From: Tubiluchus corallicola
Taxonomy: Eukaryota; Animalia; Priapulida
DNA length: 64,000 nt
Assembly: GCA_030141605.1 (NCBI GenBank)
Contig: JAQGDQ010002366.1
Span: forward strand, 814,660 to 878,659
Direction: 5' to 3'
A model generated the notes under the pieces. That model did not search any database and was not told the origin of the DNA. It was given only the letters and a program-made list of their open reading frames with translations. Shown here one piece after another: positions 56,401 to 64,000 of this stretch (positions are counted from its first letter, which is position 1; each line of letters begins with the position of its first letter). Made by a program: the position numbers and the translations under genes.

Positions 56401-58407
56401 TTATATTTTGGTGTGAAGTGTATTTAACATCCTGCTGGAGACAGCTTAAAACTGTGCATAAGCGCTTCTAAAGGCAATTAAGCATCAGTTTGCTTAACCA
56501 GGCTCAACGCTGCTTAACTATCATTGCCAAGCACACACTTATCAACTCAGCTAATCATTCACCCCCAAATCTTTCTCTGCAAGAATCATTTTGTTGCAGT
56601 TGCATCTTGTCAGATATTCATCTTCAGTCTAGGATTATTGCATGTATCATGTACTTTAAAAGTCATTCCATCTTGATTATTCTTTGCTTTACTCCTTACC
56701 CATACTTTTGTTTCAGTTGCAGTCTAGCAATCCTTTTACGTTTGGTGATAGCGCTAATGCCGAATTTGATGAAAGGCTGAAATGTTTCATTGGTGGGTTA
56801 GATGAAGTGATTACCGGTACGAAGACAAACGTCCATTTTATACTGGATGACCCTGCTGGCAACAGTTATATACAGGTATGTGTATAAAAATTTCTTTATT
56901 TGTGTAAAGCATATCGGTTAATTCTGGGGGCAGGACTTTCCTGGTTGTCCGTTTTGGCATCTGGGGAAGCTGTCCGTTTTGACATCTGGGGAACCTGTCC
57001 GTTTTGGCATCTGGGGAAGCACTGTAAAGTTCTTTTTCAGAATCCTTGCATTCCTGGGCAGTGGCCACAGAAACTGGGGCCTGTGCAACATATTAGCAGC
57101 TTTTGGAGCCTGTAAATTATGAATTTAATTGTTACAAATATTTTAAAGAACAAGAAAAATGGTGCCTGATGTAGGTTTCAGAAAATCGCTTTAAAAATTA
57201 TATTAGTTTATAACAATTCTGAGCCTATATCATACTTGTGTTAAAAGGAATTTTTGTTTGTTTCATTTTATATCTTCCGCAATGCAGTTCCGACCACGCC
57301 ATTACATGACATTGCCTATGCACAATGTAAATCAGAGGAATATAAACGCAATATTAAACAATGTCTCAAAAAACTTGCCACACAAAGTTATATTACTTTG
57401 CATTTCATTTACCTGTTTGAAAGACTTATGTTAATTAGAAAAGAAAATACTTAATAATTTAAGTGTCCGTACCAATTGGCAAAAATGTCACTGACGTCCC
57501 TTCCAGGGTGCACCACTTACTCGCCAAAATACCTGTTTTTAGTGTTATTGTCAAGATCCAGCAATTCAAAATTTTGTTACAAATGCTCTGAATATTTTCT
57601 CAAATTTTATGCAGTGTATTATCTAAACTTATTTCAAATGACTTGTCGTCAAAATGGCTGTGCCAAACTGTTATCGCAGGAGTTTGAATTTCAAGTTTTG
57701 TACAGTGTCAGTGCTAACGCAAGCTCTATATGCAATAAGACAACATGTAAGTGGTATAAAATTTCAAGACAAATTTTTAAGCTTTATGCAAGTGAAAGGT
57801 TTCTTGTGCTTTAAATTTAAGCTGTAATGAGTAGGGACCACATTAATATCAAAATTTTTTTATTTACATTCACATTTCCGTGATTATTAATTATGATAAA
57901 TTCTAAGCTTCAATCAATAATTTAATGTTAGGTGATTTATTGCTATGCAGTGAAAATTGGAAAAATTGTCAGAAATATCATTGAAGTTATAATTTCCTGC
58001 CTTTGCCAAGTTTTGCTACCAGTACTTTGACAGTGACTTAAAAACCATAATTTCTCATTGTATTTTAGGTTATACATCATTTCTGGCTGGCCATACATTT
58101 TACAAATATTAAAGGAGAGTTTTTAGGCTGAAATTTCTATGAAAAAAATATAAGCAAATTTCATCATAACATATGTTTTTAGCTATTTGTTTATGAATGT
58201 ATCCATATACTCTCAGTTCAAGCAGTGGCAAAGTGGTGATCTTTTTTGCATGTATAACTAAGACTGCGTATTTTGTAGAATTTGTGTGCCCCGGATCCGC
58301 AGTTGGAAATTAAGCATTATGAAAGAACATTTGAGCAGAATGAACTCCTGGGACTTAATGATATGAAAACAGAAAATTACGCAGATAAAGCAGCTGAAGA
58401 TTCATAG
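32441..58407 (+). CDS. ZPR1: Zinc finger protein ZPR1, 445 aa, 12 coding exons
   Basis: Exons 32441-32548, 33685-33846, 34302-34392, 35993-36063, 37086-37172, 38232-38354, 39566-39634, 53445-53511, 53967-54127, 55302-55412, 56717-56875 and 58279-58407 total 1338 nt, all GT-AG and in phase. There are two C4 zinc fingers (CVNC..CPHC; CPSC..CEAC), two LDDPxGNSY motifs, TTVEG motifs and the C-terminal [11 protein letters not shown]. Confidence 0.97.
32573..33534. mobile_element. Non-autonomous TIR element with TGT...ACA ends and 5-bp TSD (Ginger2/TDD-like?)
   Basis: 38-bp TIRs (36/38 identical) at 32573-32610 and 33497-33534, TSD gttag (32568-32572, 33535-33539), and ~30-bp subterminal repeats cctacttgggc.a.ccatgtacgac. 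Confidence 0.9.
37990..38175 (-). mobile_element. Degenerate tRNA-derived SINE
   Basis: On minus there is an A-box-like ttggctgagttggtaaaac and a B-box-like ggttcgatatct about 35 nt apart. A similar decayed head lies near 16140-16210. Confidence 0.45.
40902..52356 (-). CDS. Laminin alpha-type chain (LN, LE repeats, LF-like, L4, coiled coil, 5 LG), ~3002 aa, 5 coding exons, nested in ZPR1 intron 7
   Basis: Exons 51914-52356, 47364-51498, 45645-45866, 45083-45220 and 40902-44972 (phases 2,0,0,0) total 9009 nt. It has a signal peptide [20 protein letters not shown], an LN domain ([27 protein letters not shown]), many 8-Cys LE repeats and an L4 domain ([16 protein letters not shown]). CxxC precedes the heptad region, followed by five LG modules (YLGGVP, FxGCL/GCV). 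Confidence 0.95.
45968..46040. repeat. 28-bp minisatellite, ~2.6 copies
   Basis: Unit acaaagaacagagtaagtagagaacaga. Confidence 0.85.
46703..46950 (-). mobile_element. tRNA-derived SINE (MetaSINE-like central domain) in laminin intron 2
   Basis: On minus: A box cagctcaatgg, B box ggttcaactcc, then gtcataccaaggacttcaaaaatggtacc, and an (ATT)n tail. Confidence 0.8.
51594..51670. repeat. Mixed (CAG/CAA)n trinucleotide tract in laminin intron 1
   Basis: Direct inspection. Confidence 0.8.
54450..54777. mobile_element. MITE copy 1 with nested inverted repeats (ZPR1 intron 9)
   Basis: Outer IR aatagccgttccacagtt / aactgtgaaaaggcttatt and inner IR tcaaaggttaagtgtacca / tggtacacttaacctttga. A homologous copy lies at 55758-56185. 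Confidence 0.85.
55758..56185. mobile_element. MITE copy 2 (ZPR1 intron 10) with ~120-bp internal insertion
   Basis: Same outer and inner IRs and internal sequence as 54450-54777, in the same orientation. Confidence 0.85.
56946..57020. repeat. 25-bp tandem repeat x3
   Basis: Unit tgtccgttttggcatctggggaagc. Confidence 0.9.
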
Positions 58408-59843
58408 CACGAATTGGTTGATTAGCAGATTTGTACCTGCTATAATAAAGTTAATTGTGTAAGTTTATTGTAAGTCATATGGTGTTCTAAGCATGTATAC
58501 ATATTTTCTAAATGCTTCTTAATGAAAAATGCAGAAAGTAAACAATATAAAAAATGAAAAACATCCCTACAAAAATTTAGTTTACAGTATCATTTAAACT
58601 TTAAAGAACTATTCATTGTTGCCTGACAAGGCTGACATGTATGTGGTAATTTAATGTCAATGTGCACGAGTCTGTCTTGTACATATAGCACTGATCTAGC
58701 GTCTCAGAACTGCAGTTATACTGGGTCAGTTTCTTTCTGTAGCTGTACATCTTTGGACATTGAAAACGTCACGTTTTTTTGAATAATTATATAATACTGC
58801 CTTTAAAACTAAAACCATGCCCGTCTCGATGTAAGAATGTTGCTCAAGAGCTTAGGTTGATTGTTTTCTGTGAAACTGACAAGATAATAGTCGTAAAGAA
58901 ACACTAGGCTTGTAATTGCACTTGTAATAATTCATGATTATAAAAAATGTATTATATGTGTTTCGGTAAAACAATCCTTTTATTTATAATATAAAATTTT
59001 CTATTGCAAATCTTAAATCGACACATCACTAACAATTTTCAATTCTGTAACATATGAAAAAATAAAATAATTAAAATATATTATATAATTCTAACGCAAT
59101 TTCATTTATGTTAATTTGACTGATTTTAAAAATCTATACCCTATCACAATTGCCTGTAATTTCATATTTCTGGTGATCATTAATCTCTGTTTGGCTGTTA
59201 CACCTGCAATAACTGAGAACCACAACAAGGTATATTGATAATGCTGACAAAACTATTTATAAGAACTATTCAAAGCAACAAACTGTTAATACTGTACATT
59301 CACTTTTAATTGTGCGTTTCTTCGATATTCATTTTTTGACTTTTGCAGAACATTTGTAAAAATATTTGAGTATTACTTTTTACACAAACTTAAAATTAAA
59401 TTAATATTTGTACGAAGACTTACTGCATTCAGCAAAAATATTAGCACCAATAGCACAGATTGCCATGGGAAACACATTTAACATTGGTAACTAGCTGAAA
59501 CTATTGACAGTCAAATGCTGTTGAGAATAAAATATTCACTCACTAAGACTCATGATTAAATAACACTTCCAAATTTCCTGTGTGTGAAAAGGCACAATTG
59601 GTTCTTCTTTTGAAGTCCAAAAACTCTGGCAGAGGCACGCTGCATAGTAATTTTGTAGAAAAAAGGCCACATCATGGCAAAAATGTAATAATGTATTATG
59701 ACACGGAAAAACAGGCACCTTCTGAGCATTTATACAGTACAACTGAAGCACCTCATGGTGCTGTATAGTAAAAATAATTATGTAGATTTATCATAAATAC
59801 AAAACTGTCACCTTTCATATTCACAATATTTTAAAGTTTAAGC

Positions 59844-60511
59844 TAGGGATATTAGACGATACAAATTTGGTGATGCGATAATGATACAATGCGATACTTT
59901 TGGCAAAGACATTAGATGGACTATTTTTAGACAATACGATATGATACAATAAAATATTTTCAACGATGGAAACGACACTGAAATTACACAATTTGTGCAA
60001 AAACAGAAAAGTATCATTAATAATTAAAATTATTAAGTGCTTCAGTGCATTCAGTACTGTATACTTCAATGGCTGCTAGTTATGAAACACAAGTTTGTTT
60101 GTCATAATGATTCATAAATAAGTAAGCTGTGGCAGATAAACATATTATCCTAGCTCTATCTGCACATGACCAGGAAAGTGACACTAAAAATATGGTATAG
60201 TTTATTTGACATCCACATGTCAGTATCAAAGTGATATATAAAGCGGTTTCAGAATGAAGATAGCCGTTATTGCCAAGCGGAAGTACAAGAAAATAATTCA
60301 TTTTATCCACTTCTTTGCATAATTACTGTAAATAGATTATGAAAAGAAAAGTGAAGCGAAGCGATTTTATGAATGTGAGCAGCGATATGTGCCAAATTCG
60401 ACACAATAATGATATTCCTAGAATAATAATGATAATACAATGATAAAACAAATTTTTCGTATAGATACGAGAATCGATATCGTTCGCGTATCAATATAGT
60501 TAACATCCCTA
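59844..60511. mobile_element. hAT (Ac-like) MITE, 668 bp
   Basis: Ends TAGGGAT...CATCCCTA, an 8-bp TSD gtttaagc/gtttaaac (7/8), and many subterminal CGATA/GATAC motifs. Confidence 0.8.
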
Positions 60512-60735
60512 GTTTAAACAAAGTATTTACAACTGAAGCTTAAGTTTTTTAGAGGAAATGTATTAAGCAAGGAAATGAATAAGTTAAAACCAAAAGTCGT
60601 ATGCTACCATTCTGTGTAAATACTTTAGCAGTCTTATATAGTACAGTTGTTTATTAAGCACCAGTATGAGGTAGAACACGAGGCTTTGCAGGTTTTCAAA
60701 ATCTGCAGGTTTTACAGGTAATAAGGTATGCAGCT

Positions 60736-63375
60736 TTAATCAATGAGCCTCTTACACAGTGGACACTTGTTCTTCTCTTTCAAACACAGCCGTAAACAGC
60801 GACCGTGAAAAATGTGCTTACAAGGTAACACGCGAGCAGAAGACATTGGGAGCAAGCACACGGCACAAACATCGTTCAACTTCAACAGTTCCTTCTGCGT
60901 GGCATGACGAAATTTCTGCAGCTGACACATTTCATACTGTAGCACGCAGAAAACATTGTGCATTAAATCACTGTATGTCACATAAATGTTAGAAAACAGT
61001 GACAAAAATGTTAGTCCCACTTGCTGATCGTATGCTAACAATGCTACAGCTACAACAAGCGATAAAATAATCAATAACAATTTTGACGCACCGGCACAGT
61101 AATACTTTTCAAGGCCCTCTAGATAGTCCAAATGCATCGTCTCCAGTAGTTCAGTTGCAGTAATTAAAAACGCGTCGCTGTCAATAATAAAATAAACTAA
61201 GATCAACGTTGTGTAAATACTGCTGCAGGTGGCACTCACGTAAGTGTGAATACAAAGCACAACCACAATACACACAACGATGCCACATGAAAATAAATAA
61301 TGCAAAAGAAACTGTTTTGGAAGTCTCGGGAAAAGCATGGAGTTGTTCCTGGGAGGTAAAAGGCTGCAGCACATTTTACAGACTAGTTTTGAAACGAAAA
61401 AAGATTGAATCCAGTGCAGATGCACCGTGTCTGTGCATAACCATTTCTCACACATCAGACAGAATATAGCTTGACCAGTCACATTCTGCAAAAACATGTA
61501 ATTACATAAGTTCTAACCTAATGATGTAATACACATTTCCCTAACACAACAATGCTTAGGATACTTTTTACCATTTATCTGTTCAACGTTGAATCTTGTT
61601 TACTAACTGGTGTATGCATACGTATCACATACATACTCACTTTTCTCAAATTTTGCAGTTAGTTAGTTTCTCATTCAACAGATGGCAACACCGTTTTTGT
61701 TTACAACATACCACAAACCGGTTTCGTATGTATAAAAACAGCTGCAAGCATACAATTTCTATGATGTGCACAATTTGTATATGTATTTTTAGCACGACCT
61801 TAGTTTCTTCTTAGCTCCAAGCCGCAATGACATTTTCATGTTAAAACAGTGTTGTCATCTCGTCATACAAGAACTAGGCTGTCAAACTCCTAATGTAAAA
61901 GAAAACCAGTTATCTGCCAAACCAAATATTTTAATAAACAAACTGACTAAAGTGCTTCTATAATAAAACAATAGTGTGCTTATAAGTTGAAGAGGCAGCC
62001 AAAGACATTTCTGTCCAACTTTAGATTCATGCTCTAAAGGGAAACAGGCTTCAATTTAAAATTATAGTGCAAACTATAGTATAAAATATTGAAAGAAAGG
62101 AAATGATTTTTTTAAGAATGGCCTTACAAGAAAGAATTATTACCACAGAAGTTTAATTTCACGTTCACGCTGGGTTACACCTATTTCGCCATTCCTTTTA
62201 GATGTAGACAGCACCTGCATCTTGGAAACACACTACACAAAAAATAAGTGGTGTACCACTTAGTTCAGTTCAGACACAGTGCACATTTTTGCCTAACAAT
62301 TACTGTACCTGAATGCGATAAGCAGCAAAATTTTGCTGAAACGAAGAAATGCGTTGCTCAAAGATCCAACGAATAATCCCTATAACACTGCCAAGGAGAC
62401 TCCAAATCACACTAAAAATTCCTGAAAATGAGAATTACAAGCATGTCAAGGGAGATTAGAATAAGACATCTACAGGAGCATAATAGACTACTTCTAGGTT
62501 TAATGACAGATAATTAATGTTTTTCAAGGAACTACAATTTTCTCTTTTTATAGCATTGATGAAGTTTTAAGTTACTGCACTATAATTACAGCTGTTAAAG
62601 GGATTCTTGAAGTCAAAATGACCGATGAGTCTTTATAAAGTCAATATCAGCTTTTGTAGCTGATGTCAGAAGTTCGTGTAATTTGCTTCTAATGTCAAAC
62701 AAAATCAACATAAGAAGCTGCAATGTAATAACTTTCATTTTATTAACAATATGAGTTTTACATCATGAAAAGATACTAATTCTGATGACTGATGTGGAAG
62801 GAACTCAGTGAATATTTCTGAGCCAGGATTTGAACCCTGGGACTCCAATCCATCTAAACCCGTATACCTTTACGGGTATTTAAAAAAATTTCAAAACAGA
62901 ATAAGCACATGCAGTTCTTGAATAATTAGGATTAGCATAATTATAACTTCTCAATAACTGTGCAGACAGTTTTCTTTGTAAAATTGCATTACAATAAAGT
63001 AATCACAAATAAGATAGCAAAATTTTAATTACTTGTGAAAACATTCTGTTTAATTACATATTAGAAAAAAGTCATTGGTAAAGCAAAAATATTTACAATC
63101 GCATAAATGATAAAATTTCACTTCTTCCATTTTTTACAAAATCAATGGTGTCTCTGATTGGTCTGAACTCATTAATAATAAGAAAAGCACTCACCAGACA
63201 TAAAAGTGATTGCATATGAAGGTGAGATATACGAAACCAGCATCGGAACTAACAGAAGTGTGTACAGAATGTAAAATGTGTAGTTCAAGAGTGGGCCAAA
63301 GTTTAGGTAAGGTAACAACAGCATGGACGCCACCACACAAGCTGAAATAAAATGTGGTGTCAATGAACAAGACAT
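60736..63375 (-). CDS. Multi-pass membrane RING-H2 E3 ubiquitin ligase, RNF145/RNF139(TRC8)-like, ~347 aa
   Basis: Exons 63195-63375, 62309-62421 and 60736-61485 join in phases 1 and 0. Hydrophobic segments are followed by ATQKELLKLNDVCAVCLLPMSSARVLPCKHIFHGRCLRLCLKEKNKCPLC (C3H2C3). An acceptor at 63391-63392 implies an upstream non-coding exon. The N-terminal model is less certain than the RING exon. Confidence 0.8.
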
Positions 63376-64000
63376 TGATGTAAATCATTGCTGACAAAAC
63401 TGTGATAATCGTTGATAATCACTGATAATCGGTGATTAAAAATTCTTCCAACTAGATAAGCCCATTACACTCTTATCAGACATTACACACCACATCACAC
63501 TCAACACACAAGTTACAGGAACATTCAGCCCAAAATAATCAATAACAAGTGTTAAAACAAACAAAAATCAACAAAAGTGACACCTATCCATATTCACTAT
63601 GTAGAATTATTTGGAAACTTTCCACTTCTTTTGAGTTTTGTAAACATTTGTAGATCAACATCAGTACCTCCTTTAATCCATTAACTAGGCAACTGTCACA
63701 AACTCACGTCACCTAGTAAATAGGTCTACAGTGCACAAGTTTGGACCATACTAGACAACATACATGTGTGAACAAAAAAATCTGTTACGCCTTCATCGTG
63801 TCAAAATCACGAGCTGGGACTCTAGCCCTTCACATGTAGTTGACAGAAACTTGACACAAATGTCGTGCTGTATCCAACCAGAGTAACAAGAGGTGCAATT
63901 TCCCATGGGCGTCCCCCATAACCTTTGACCCAAGGTAAAAAAAATTTCACATCCTAATTTTGTTTCAGAAAATTTTCCACATACATTTTCCAATAATAAT

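Noticed and set aside
61178-61350. Possible extra small intron (gtgagt at 61239 to ag at 61178) and acceptor near 61351 in the RING gene
   Set aside because: The 62-nt intron would shift frame, and the 250-codon frame is open straight through and joins the upstream exon in phase. It remains possible only as an alternative form.

Overview
AT-rich invertebrate (metazoan) genomic DNA with spliceosomal introns. Six protein-coding genes were reconstructed by eye from splice sites and reading phase: the first coding exon of an SLC13/INDY-type transporter (-, GC donor, remainder probably left of the window), CCDC92-like (+, 6 exons, 342 aa), a tandem-GNAT acetyltransferase (-, 290 aa), ZPR1 (+, 12 coding exons, 445 aa), a ~3000-aa laminin alpha-type chain (-, only 5 coding exons) nested entirely inside ZPR1 intron 7, and a short membrane RING-H2 ligase of the RNF145/TRC8 type (-, ~347 aa). 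Introns and spacers hold hAT and Harbinger-type MITEs, LINE and SINE remnants, an LTR-retrotransposon integrase remnant with PPT and LTR, and a probable solo LTR. Three things stand out. The nested, nearly intronless laminin has a non-canonical short arm. A ~730-bp foldback appears to mirror-duplicate the acetyltransferase core promoter and first exon. A TGT...ACA element has a 5-bp TSD and asymmetric 30-bp subterminal repeats, a Tn7/Ginger2-like end architecture. No database searches were run; family calls rest on recalled motifs.
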